64,000 bases of DNA from Alphaproteobacteria bacterium. Its GTDB lineage: Bacteria; Pseudomonadota; Alphaproteobacteria; Rs-D84. Of the stretch, positions 8,977-17,453 are shown one piece after another. Each line of letters starts with the position of its first letter. Position 1 is the first letter of the stretch. Both the position numbers and the translations under genes were made by a program. The stretch lies in NCBI GenBank assembly GCA_033345195.1, contig JAWPOE010000001.1, positions 8,192-72,191 on the forward strand, in the 5' to 3' direction. The notes below the pieces were generated by a model. The model did no database searches. It saw only the letters and a list, made by a program, of their open reading frames with translations, and was not told where the DNA came from.

Positions 8977-10521
8977 ATGAAGACGACAAAACAAAATCTT
9001 GTTCAGAAAATATTTAATATGCGACGCGTATGCCATGTTGTATTTTGTTCCATACTGATGGCTGCCTTTATAATCGCAGACGCAAATTCTGCGGTCGTTT
9101 CACGCAACAAACGTCCAACAAATGCCGGTGTACGCATGGCAACCGCCACAGCAACCCAAAACACCGAACCAGAAATAATCGAAGAAAAGATTATTGACGA
9201 AGAAATAATCGAAGAAGAACCTGTCGAAGAAGAAGAAATTATCGAAAACAAATCATCACAGTTTGACGACATTCTGGGCGAAGCGTCCGCGTCTGGCACA
9301 GACAGTTCAAAAACCGCCCTGGCAGAAAAAATTCGCGCCCAGCGTGCCGCACTGGACGCACGTGACGCGGTCGATACTGCAAATGCAAAAATACAAAATT
9401 CAATGGCGAACGGTCAAAACGCCTGTGATTTTGGTTTGCGCGAATGCATGAAGAAAAAATGTGGCAACAATTATTCCAAATGTGCCAAAGATACAGATAC
9501 CCTGTGGGGCGACAAGATGGACGCATGTCGTCGCGACCTGCCCTGCACCGGCGAAGAATATCGTATTTTCACGACCGAAATAAAGGCCGACCGTGACATG
9601 AACACGAAAATCGGTTCGTACACATCAATCATCGACTGTGGCAACAAATACAACGATTGTGTGATTACAGAATGCGGAAAAACATTTTCAAAATGCCTGG
9701 GGAAAAGCGCCGGCGATAAAGCAATTGAAAAATGCAAAAAAATCGCAAACGAATGTAAAGAGCAAGACAGCGGTCTGCCATCCCGCATGATAGAGGTTTT
9801 TGGAACCCTGCGTCAAGATGCCGAAAAACAAATCAAAAAAGATGAAGAAAAACTATACAGCCTGCGCGATAGCATGGCAGACACCTGCAAAATGTTGGGC
9901 GCAATGTTTGACGAACGCACATTGGATTGCGTATACACTGTAAACTTTTTTGCCGGCGATAAAAACACATTATTTGCGTCGAAAAAGGCATATGCCGGCA
10001 GCACGTTTAACTGTGATCAGAATTGGTTTGGTATTGATGTGACAACGTTTAAAGAAAACGCATATCGTCTGACCCGATCTCAGACGGCGGCATCCTCTGC
10101 TATGTTGGGCAGTGGTGTTGGTACAGCGGTTGGTTCTATAACCAGTGGAGCGTTAAATCGAGCCTTAGACCGTCAGAAAGCAGAGAAAGCGTTAAAGAAA
10201 GCGAAAGAAGAAGGGAAAGAACAAAAGACAGAAGACGAAGAAAGCAACGCTTCTAAAGAAAACGAAGAAGGGAAAGAACAAAAGACAGAAGACGAAGAAA
10301 GCAATGCTTCTGAAGAAAACAACTCCCAAGAGGGGGGGGACAATAACGGTTCTGAAGACGCCACAGTTGACCAAGACGATTCTTCTAACAAACAAGAAAA
10401 TAATACCATAAAAACCGAGACAAACAGCCAAGACCATACAAATATGGATACACCAAGTACACAAATAGATACTACAACAGGTGCACCATCGACTGAACAG
10501 GTTCCCAAAATAAGAACATAA
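8977..10521 (+). CDS. Secreted Cys-rich protein with acidic low-complexity tails
   Basis: Starts 6 nt after the preceding stop, so operonic. Hydrophobic leader, ECMKKKCGNNYSKC and CGKTFSKC modules, and E/K-rich repeats. Confidence 0.6.
   Translation: MKTTKQNLVQKIFNMRRVCHVVFCSILMAAFIIADANSAVVSRNKRPTNAGVRMATATATQNTEPEIIEEKIIDEEIIEEEPVEEEEIIENKSSQFDDILGEASASGTDSSKTALAEKIRAQRAALDARDAVDTANAKIQNSMANGQNACDFGLRECMKKKCGNNYSKCAKDTDTLWGDKMDACRRDLPCTGEEYRIFTTEIKADRDMNTKIGSYTSIIDCGNKYNDCVITECGKTFSKCLGKSAGDKAIEKCKKIANECKEQDSGLPSRMIEVFGTLRQDAEKQIKKDEEKLYSLRDSMADTCKMLGAMFDERTLDCVYTVNFFAGDKNTLFASKKAYAGSTFNCDQNWFGIDVTTFKENAYRLTRSQTAASSAMLGSGVGTAVGSITSGALNRALDRQKAEKALKKAKEEGKEQKTEDEESNASKENEEGKEQKTEDEESNASEENNSQEGGDNNGSEDATVDQDDSSNKQENNTIKTETNSQDHTNMDTPSTQIDTTTGAPSTEQVPKIRT
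10207..10320 (+). repeat. 57-nt in-frame tandem duplication (EEGKEQKTEDEESNAS[K/E]EN x2)
   Basis: Two near-identical 57-nt units read directly in the sequence. Confidence 0.85.
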
Positions 10522-10539
10522 CTTATAAATGTATAAAAA

Positions 10540-10562
10540 AACGGGTAAACGCCCGTTTTTTT
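10540..10562 (+). terminator. Intrinsic terminator
   Basis: aacggg-taaacg-cccgtt followed by ttttt. Confidence 0.6.
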
Positions 10563-10593
10563 ATCTCTATCCCCAAACAAAATATGCAATAAT

Positions 10594-10756
10594 TTTTGTC
10601 ATTCCTGCTTCGGGTCCCGCAAAAATTGAAAAATTTTTGTGGGTGATACCAGGCAGGAACAGGGTCTATAAAATTTACATTCACCGCTATTTTATAATTT
10701 TTATGGTTCGCGTTGCTCACACTACTTAGTCCCACTCCTGCCGTCGCAGGAGTGAC
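10594..10756. repeat. Dispersed palindromic MITE/REP-like element (copy of 44954..45114)
   Basis: The first ~90 nt are nearly identical to 44954-45040. Nested hairpins are gtcattcctgc..gcaggaa and cccgcaaaaatt-gaa-aaatttttgtggg. The 3' part ggttcgcgttgc..actcctgcc.gcaggagtgac is also shared. Confidence 0.8.
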
Positions 10757-10763
10757 AGGAGGC

Positions 10764-11385
10764 TTAATTTTTGCAAACCAAAAAAGCCCAATTGCGACTA
10801 TAATCAATACATTCAAAACTTAGTAGTTGTACATTTTGTTTCTGGATCACCCCAGCGACAACTGCACTGGTCGCTATTGATCCCGCATAAGCCATCCCCC
10901 CTTGCAGAACCACCATCCCTAATCCTGCCCCCGCCTCTACCGCGGCACTCATCGCACCAGCAGCCGCACCGGTGGCAATACCCGCGGCACCAAATGTAAA
11001 TATCGACGCAACCACAATTGCCGCAGCAATAATACCACCAATAATAATCTTTCCTATTACACCGCCAGGTGGCGTTGGCGAACGTGGCAATGCCGAAATT
11101 TGTGCCATGCTGACACATGCCTGACGCGCTGCCTCGCGATAGGCGTCTTTCTTGTTTTCGCCACGAATTTCCGCCTGGCGTGCAGCAATCTTTTAAATCA
11201 GTTGTACATGCATTAACACGCATTGACGCCAATGCCGCCAAAACATAATCCCAAATATTAGACTGTTCTGCACTTTCCCTGGATGACGCGTCAATACCAC
11301 ACACATTCAACGGCACCTTACAAACATTTAACATGGTTTTTTGTGTGGGAAACACATAAAAAATCCAGTCAAAAAAAACACGCAA
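10764..11385 (-). pseudogene. Truncated, frameshifted paralog of the 11499..14330 gene
   Basis: MLNVCKVPLNVCGIDASSRESAEQSNIWDYVLAALASMRVNACT aligns with MLNLCKIPLNACGIDASSKQSAEQSDVWDFVVARLASMRVDACT (aa ~465 of the full-length protein). The sensible continuation (IAARQAEIRGENKKDAYREAARQACVSMAQISALP.. then a Gly/Ala-rich TM tail) is in another frame, behind a TAA near 11190. Confidence 0.5.
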
Positions 11386-11498
11386 ACGATAGGTTGCGTG
11401 GCATTAAAAAGACTGGATTTTTTATGAGCAAACATAGATAAAAACACTTTATTTATTTGCAGAAATATGGTATCATTAAATAAATTGGAAGGGAAGTT

Positions 11499-14330
11499 AT
11501 GAGAAGGCTTATTGTTTTTGCGTTGGTTATTAGTGGTGTTCTTTGCGATGCATATGGTGCGGCTGCACGTCGTGCAACGGCTGCAACGCGCGGTGGTGCT
11601 GGGGTACAGTCTGTTGGGGCACGCAGTAATGGCGCAGCAAAGTCAAACGTAGCAAGTCGTGATCGTTCTGCAACGCCTGCCAATGGAACTGTTTCCGCGC
11701 GTGCGGCGGTGCAAAACAAAAGTGTGGGGAGTAAGCCGGTGGTTGCAGCGCGCGCTGGGGTCACACAAAAGGTTATTGGTACGGGTACCAAGGTTGCAGG
11801 CGCAACAAAAAATATAGTCGTAAGCGAAGAATGCCAAAACAAATACGAAGGATGTATGGATTCATTTTGTATGATAGATAATGCCAGTGGTGGTCGCTGT
11901 ATTTGTAGTAACAAGAATTCTGAATTAAACGAAGTTCTGGCAGAAATTGAAAAATTGGACGAACAGTCTTATCAAATGGCAACATTTGGTGTTGAAAAAC
12001 TGGAAATGGGTGCAGATGCAGAAGCTGCAATTGCAAGCGCAAATGCGGTTGCACAATCGGTTGTAAAAAACAGTGATGGGAATGACAAGAAAATCACGCG
12101 ACGCACGCTGGATATGTCTTTGTGGGCGCAAGACACTGATTTATATGAAGAAGAAAATGTCTTTTCAGACGGAATGTCTGTTAGTGTCGAAGGAAAAGAA
12201 GGCGACGCGTTATACCGCGCCGCTTCGGAAATTTGCGTTGCGCAAATTCCCGAATGTGCATCTGATATGCAGATGCTGCAACTGATGTACGGCCAACGGA
12301 TTAAATCTGACTGTGTCGCGTTTGAAAATAGTTTGAAACAAAAGAAAAGTGCAAGTGTGCAAAAACTGGCTGTCGCAGAACAAGCTTTGCGCGAAGCTGC
12401 CTTGGAGCAGCTGCGTACCGCAAATAAATATGACCTTGGTCAATGTACAATCGAATTTAAAAAATGTATGCAAACCACAGGTGGTTGTGGCGATGACTTT
12501 TCGTCTTGTGCAGTAATGAGCGCGCTGGACGCAACAAATACCAGAAAATCAACTTCAAAACAGGCAAAGAATTTTAAGATACAAGGCAGTATAACAAGTA
12601 TAGAGGTTAGTGCTTCTACTTATGATAACTTAATCGCTAAAAAAACGCTGTGCGAAGGCATTACCAAATCTTGCGTCGCCGTCGCTGATAAAGTTTGGGA
12701 TACCTTCTTGAAAGATGTCGCGCCGCAACTTAAAAACGCAGAATTAATCGCAGAAGATAAAGCAAGACAAGATTGCGTCGGTAATATATCAAACTGTTTC
12801 CAAAAGGCGTGTAAAGATAATATGGATCCAAATGACCCAGATGGTTCGTATGATTTGTGCCTAACTCGACCAGAAACTATGTTAAATTTATGTAAGATTC
12901 CTCTTAATGCATGTGGTATTGATGCTTCATCTAAACAATCCGCAGAACAATCAGATGTCTGGGATTTCGTCGTCGCTAGACTCGCTTCTATGAGAGTCGA
13001 TGCTTGTACCGCTGAGGTCAAATCATGCCTGCAAGCCGATGATAGATGCGGTAAAGACTATACTCAATGTATCGGATTGGATATTGATGCATTAAAGGAA
13101 ATGTGCCCACTTGAAAAATTGCTTGCATGTCAAACATCCGATGACAATGGCAATTATAGCGCCAGATGGACGCAATTTGAAAACATTGTTCAAGGTGTAT
13201 GGTTGGGGATTGACAATTCTTTATTGGAACAGTGTAAACAAATTGTCAATGAACGTATGTTAGAATTGTGTGGCGATACAGCAACATGCATGGCCTTTGA
13301 TGACGACAAGGCTATTGGCACCGAATCATTAGTAAGCTATCAAGAAAACAATGGCAATTACGTTATCGAGGGCTTGATTTCATTTGGTAATATCAAGATT
13401 GAAAGGGCAACATCATCCGATGATGATATAAAATTTGGTAAATATGAAATTAATATCAACGACTACAAAAGACATCTGGACAGCACAAACCCAACAACAG
13501 CACGTGTTGTATCTGCTCTGCAATCAACGGCAAGCAAAATCAATCAAAAAATATCTGTTTTGTCCCAAGACCCACAAGTAGACATGTGTATCAATGGTCG
13601 TAACATGCGCAACATAAACGGTCGCGAATCGACAGCCGTTGCCCGTTTTCCATACTTGTTAGACTCATATATCTTGGCTATAATTTCATCAGGATTGGAT
13701 CACGCGCATAAAAACTATACCGAAAAATATAATAAATTGTTGGGAGAGGCACTTGAAGCCAAAGACGATGCAATCAAGGCAACGCTATGCGCCGCAATGG
13801 CATCAAATGAAAAACCACAATGCACCGAATGGATAAGTGTTGATGGCAATGCTTTTTGCACGCAATATACGGCGAATACCTTTGATAATGTTTTCAGTGA
13901 TGAAGGCACCAAGGGCCTAAGTGGCAATGACATTTATTCAACAAAATATACTATAACAGGCGCGAAGCTATCTGACCTGGCCACCCTTCAACAAAAAGGT
14001 CATGCTGAATTTACCCAAACAGATTCCAAAGGGAATATGATTGGTAAAATTGCAACTGCAGCAGTCTATTCCCCTGGCAATAACACGTGTACATTGACCA
14101 CAACAACCACAATGTGTTCAGACATGGAGGCAATAATCACCACAGACACAACCAAAACATGTAAATCTGGTGGCTTCTCATTTCTGGGTGGCAGTGGCTG
14201 CAAAGGCGGCGGTGGCTTTTTGAATATCGGGGGCAGTACCAATACTACAACCGTTGACCAAACATACGAAGGTCTTAATTGTAATGGATTTATGGACCCG
14301 ATTACCACAACCTCAAGTATAAAAATGTAA
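11499..14330 (+). CDS. Large secreted Cys-rich protein (943 aa)
   Basis: RBS ggaagggaag and a signal peptide ending CDAYG. Contains CMDSFCMIDNASGGRCICS and many paired-Cys modules. Confidence 0.7.
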   Translation: MRRLIVFALVISGVLCDAYGAAARRATAATRGGAGVQSVGARSNGAAKSNVASRDRSATPANGTVSARAAVQNKSVGSKPVVAARAGVTQKVIGTGTKVAGATKNIVVSEECQNKYEGCMDSFCMIDNASGGRCICSNKNSELNEVLAEIEKLDEQSYQMATFGVEKLEMGADAEAAIASANAVAQSVVKNSDGNDKKITRRTLDMSLWAQDTDLYEEENVFSDGMSVSVEGKEGDALYRAASEICVAQIPECASDMQMLQLMYGQRIKSDCVAFENSLKQKKSASVQKLAVAEQALREAALEQLRTANKYDLGQCTIEFKKCMQTTGGCGDDFSSCAVMSALDATNTRKSTSKQAKNFKIQGSITSIEVSASTYDNLIAKKTLCEGITKSCVAVADKVWDTFLKDVAPQLKNAELIAEDKARQDCVGNISNCFQKACKDNMDPNDPDGSYDLCLTRPETMLNLCKIPLNACGIDASSKQSAEQSDVWDFVVARLASMRVDACTAEVKSCLQADDRCGKDYTQCIGLDIDALKEMCPLEKLLACQTSDDNGNYSARWTQFENIVQGVWLGIDNSLLEQCKQIVNERMLELCGDTATCMAFDDDKAIGTESLVSYQENNGNYVIEGLISFGNIKIERATSSDDDIKFGKYEININDYKRHLDSTNPTTARVVSALQSTASKINQKISVLSQDPQVDMCINGRNMRNINGRESTAVARFPYLLDSYILAIISSGLDHAHKNYTEKYNKLLGEALEAKDDAIKATLCAAMASNEKPQCTEWISVDGNAFCTQYTANTFDNVFSDEGTKGLSGNDIYSTKYTITGAKLSDLATLQQKGHAEFTQTDSKGNMIGKIATAAVYSPGNNTCTLTTTTTMCSDMEAIITTDTTKTCKSGGFSFLGGSGCKGGGGFLNIGGSTNTTTVDQTYEGLNCNGFMDPITTTSSIKM

Positions 14331-14390
14331 AAAAATGGACAACAAAGGCAACGCACAATGACTATCAATTGAAATCTTGCGTATAAACCT

Positions 14391-14416
14391 AAAAAAAAAA
14401 TCCCCCAAACGGGGGA
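14391..14416 (-). terminator. Intrinsic terminator of rplQ (also serves the convergent + gene)
   Basis: On the minus strand, tccccc-gttt-ggggga followed by T10. Confidence 0.65.
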
Positions 14417-14420
14417 TTAA

Positions 14421-14900
14421 TTATTCTGCATCTTTCTTTGCTTTTTTCGTTGCAGGTTTCTTGGCTGTTTTTTCTTCTGCCACAACTTCTTCTGCAACCT
14501 CTTCAACAACTGGTGCAACCGGTTTCTTTGCATTTACATCACGGTCAACCAATTCAATAATTGCCATAGGCGCCGCGTCACCATAACGGAAACCAGCCTT
14601 CATAACGCGTGTGTAACCACCTGGACGATTTGCATAACGTTTACCCAAAACGTCGAATAACTTTTTAACAGTTGCCGCAGATGAATTACCCAATTCAGAT
14701 GCTGTCAAACGACGATTTGCAACAGTATCAACCTTTGCACGAGTAATCAGTTTTTCAACAACACTGCGCAAATCTTTTGCCTTTGGCAAAGTAGTTTTAA
14801 TCTGTTCTTTTTCAATTAAGTTTTTCGCCAAGCCAATAAACAAAGCCTTGCGTGCATTTGTATCGCGATTAAAGGTGCGACCTGCTTTCATATGTCTCAT
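14421..14900 (-). CDS. rplQ: 50S ribosomal protein L17 (Lys/Ala/Glu-rich C-terminal extension)
   Basis: [13 protein letters not shown].. is an L17 N-terminus. It is the last gene of the alpha operon. Confidence 0.95.
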   Translation of the reverse strand: MRHMKAGRTFNRDTNARKALFIGLAKNLIEKEQIKTTLPKAKDLRSVVEKLITRAKVDTVANRRLTASELGNSSAATVKKLFDVLGKRYANRPGGYTRVMKAGFRYGDAAPMAIIELVDRDVNAKKPVAPVVEEVAEEVVAEEKTAKKPATKKAKKDAE

Positions 14901-15134
14901 CGATTACTCCTTTTGGTTTCTGCCCTGCCCGTTTTGGGTGGGATTTTTTTTCGAGACGTCCGCGACCTGACACAACTGTCAGAACCACGGGATTAAAATT
15001 CTGTTTTATTTTATATAAATTCCTGACAAATGCAAGAAATTAAATTATGTGAAATGATTGTTGGTGTTTCACAATTTCTCACACTCCTTGCTTAGTAAGA
15101 AATTGATTTTTATGAGACGATTGGAAGTGTTTGA

Positions 15135-15168
15135 CGGTTTAAAGTGTAGTTGACCTACATGAAAACCG
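15135..15168. repeat. Two-tier hairpin element, copy 1 (core gtgtag-N5-ctacatga)
   Basis: Outer stem cggttt/aaaccg, inner stem tgtag/ctaca. Lies in the rpoA-rplQ spacer. Confidence 0.6.
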
Positions 15169-15199
15169 ACAAACACAACAAGCGTCCACAAAAATCAAT

Positions 15200-16228
15200 T
15201 TATTTGTATGGGTCTTCGTACTTCTTGGCCAATTCCGCAATATTTTCTGGTGGCCAACCTGGCACTTCCATACCCAGACCTAAGCCCATTGCTTCTAATT
15301 GAACCTTGATTTCGTTCAAAGACTTGCGACCAAAGTTTGGTGTTTTCAACATATCTGCTTCGGTCTTTTGAACCAATTCGCCCAACCAATTGATTTTGTC
15401 GTTCTTCAAACAGTTGTTTGCACGGACAGACAATTCCAATTCGTCAACATGCTTTAACAATTTTGGATCAAACGGCAATGCATCTTTTGCCTTTTCTTCT
15501 TCGCTTGGTGCATTCAATTGTGCTGGATCTTCAAAGTTAATAAAGACAACCAACTGATCTGTCAGAATACGCGCAGCAAATGCAATTGCATCTTCTGGGG
15601 AAACAGAACCGTTTGTCTTTACTGTCAATTCCAATTTGTCATAGTCTGTTGACTGACCAACACGTGTTGGCAAAACATCACTGGCAACATTCAAAATTGG
15701 TGAAAAGATAGAATCTACTGGAATCACGCCCAATGGCAAGCCATCAGAATGCGCAGATGCAGGAACATAACCACGACCTGTACCCAATGTGATTTCCATG
15801 TCTAAATTCGCACCCTTGTCCAACGTGCAAATTTCTACATCTTTGTTCATAACTTCGACGCCACCTGCTGTTTCAATCATACCGGCCGTAACAACAGCTG
15901 GGCCCTTAACTTTCAAATAAGCCTTGTGCTGACCTTCACTCAACGCCTTAAAATAAACACCTTTTAAGTTCAAGATGATATCAGTCACATCTTCACGCAC
16001 ACCAGAAATGCTAGAGAATTCATGTTGCACACCATCAATCTTGATATAAATTGGTGCACAGCCCTGCAACGAAGACAACAATACACGACGCAATGCGGTA
16101 CCCAGTGTCAAACCAAAGCCCTTTTCCAATGGTTCTGCGATTAACGTTGCAATATTTGGATTATGTTCATCTGTCTTGATTGTCAGCTTTTTTGGCTTAA
16201 TCAAGCTCATCCAGTTTTTTTCAATCAT
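15200..16228 (-). CDS. rpoA: DNA-directed RNA polymerase subunit alpha
   Basis: 342 aa, a conserved RpoA sequence in the expected operon position. Confidence 0.95.
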   Translation of the reverse strand: MIEKNWMSLIKPKKLTIKTDEHNPNIATLIAEPLEKGFGLTLGTALRRVLLSSLQGCAPIYIKIDGVQHEFSSISGVREDVTDIILNLKGVYFKALSEGQHKAYLKVKGPAVVTAGMIETAGGVEVMNKDVEICTLDKGANLDMEITLGTGRGYVPASAHSDGLPLGVIPVDSIFSPILNVASDVLPTRVGQSTDYDKLELTVKTNGSVSPEDAIAFAARILTDQLVVFINFEDPAQLNAPSEEEKAKDALPFDPKLLKHVDELELSVRANNCLKNDKINWLGELVQKTEADMLKTPNFGRKSLNEIKVQLEAMGLGLGMEVPGWPPENIAELAKKYEDPYK

Positions 16229-16362
16229 TTAAGTTTCCTTTTAGCTTAGTTTATCATTTTCGCCAAACGGCCGCATACATGTGTGTACGCAGGCGTGATT
16301 TTATATCAGCAATAAAAAAAAGTCAATAAAAAACCGCCCATTTCAGGCGATTTTTTTGATTC

Positions 16363-16746
16363 TTAAACTCTACGTACCTTCTTTGGACGGCATCCATTAT
16401 GTGGGATACGTGTAGTATCAGTAATGGACTGCACAATCAGACCGGCATTTGCCAATCCACGTACAGCAGATTCACGACCTTGACCAATACCACGCATTAA
16501 AACATCAACTGTTTTCATACCCATTTCGGCGACTTTTTTACCAACAGCGTCTGCAACGATTGTTGCCGCATATGGTGTGGACTTTTTTGCGCCCTTAAAA
16601 TTATTTGCCCCAGCGGTTGCCCATGTCAACACGGCACCAGACTGGTCTGTGATTGTAATACGTGTATTGTTATTTGTCGCAACAACATGTGCAATGCCAT
16701 GCGATACTTTTTTTACAACTTTCTTTTTAGCTTTTGATACTGCCAT
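16363..16746 (-). CDS. rpsK: 30S ribosomal protein S11
   Basis: Conserved S11 sequence (..IPHNGCRPKKVRRV). Confidence 0.95.
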   Translation of the reverse strand: MAVSKAKKKVVKKVSHGIAHVVATNNNTRITITDQSGAVLTWATAGANNFKGAKKSTPYAATIVADAVGKKVAEMGMKTVDVLMRGIGQGRESAVRGLANAGLIVQSITDTTRIPHNGCRPKKVRRV

Positions 16747-16838
16747 TTTATTTTAACCTTTTTTTCGATGTCTTCAATTAACTATAGTGTTAATCTCTAC
16801 CTTATTCCTAAATTTAAGATAGCGTTGCAGATATGTGT

Positions 16839-16883
16839 GTTGGGCGACGGGAGTGTACAAACGCTACATGACCAGAGCCCAAC
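16839..16883. repeat. Two-tier hairpin element, copy 2
   Basis: Outer stem gttgggc/gcccaac, core gtgtacaaacgctacatga. Lies between rpsM and rpsK. Confidence 0.6.
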
Positions 16884-16910
16884 GCGCATAGATGCTGCGC
16901 TAGATTAAAT

Positions 16911-17288
16911 TTATTTACCCTTGGTTGAAGAACCTGCAACCACCACGCGCTTACCTTTACGTGTACGGGCATTTGTTTGTGTACGTTGACCACGAACCGG
17001 CAAACGGTTGCGGTGACGAATACCACGATATGCCTTTAAATCTTGCAGACGTTTAATGTTCATTGCAACTTCACGACGAACATCACCTTCTACTTTAAAG
17101 TTTTCTTCGATATAATTAGAAATTTTGATAACATCCGCGTCTGTCAAATCTTTTGCGCGCAAACCGTCTTTTAATTTCAACGCTTCACAAATCTGCGCAG
17201 CCTTGGCTGGGCCGATACCGTGAATATATTGCAACGCAATTTCAATGCGTTTTTCTGTCGGAATGTTAACACCTGCTATACGTGCCAT
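16911..17288 (-). CDS. rpsM: 30S ribosomal protein S13
   Basis: [10 protein letters not shown].. is a conserved S13 start. Confidence 0.95.
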   Translation of the reverse strand: MARIAGVNIPTEKRIEIALQYIHGIGPAKAAQICEALKLKDGLRAKDLTDADVIKISNYIEENFKVEGDVRREVAMNIKRLQDLKAYRGIRHRNRLPVRGQRTQTNARTRKGKRVVVAGSSTKGK

Positions 17289-17401
17289 TTTTTATTTTCC
17301 TTTTTATTTTACTTTACACGAAACATAGTCCACCCACATTTCGCAACCCAAACCCAAAACACTTTTTCCCATGTCATGGGCTATTCTTATTTTGCCGAAT
17401 A

Positions 17402-17429
17402 ATTTTATACAAAATCCAGCAAAAGTCAA
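17402..17429 (-). promoter_or_regulatory. Candidate sigma70 promoter for rpsM-rpsK-rpoA-rplQ
   Basis: On the minus strand, TTGACT-16 nt-TAAAAT in the secY-rpsM spacer. Confidence 0.35.
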
Positions 17430-17453
17430 ATCTTGTTTATTTCCAAACGGATA

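Noticed and set aside
10523-10816. A 97-aa ORF, and similar ORFs at 44603-44938, 44877-45080 and 45047-45295.
   Set aside because: They run through palindromic repeat modules and are read-through artefacts of the repeats.
11199-13020. An invertible-segment or phase-variation switch formed by the inverted homologous blocks 11199-11335 and 12881-13020.
   Set aside because: The blocks are only about 70% identical at the DNA level, with many synonymous differences and no long identical core. No recombinase gene is adjacent.
17289-17453. A hidden rpmJ or infA gene between secY and rpsM.
   Set aside because: Hand translation of the minus strand gives only MTWEKVFWVWVAKCGWTMFRVK (22 aa), which is unrelated to L36 or IF-1.
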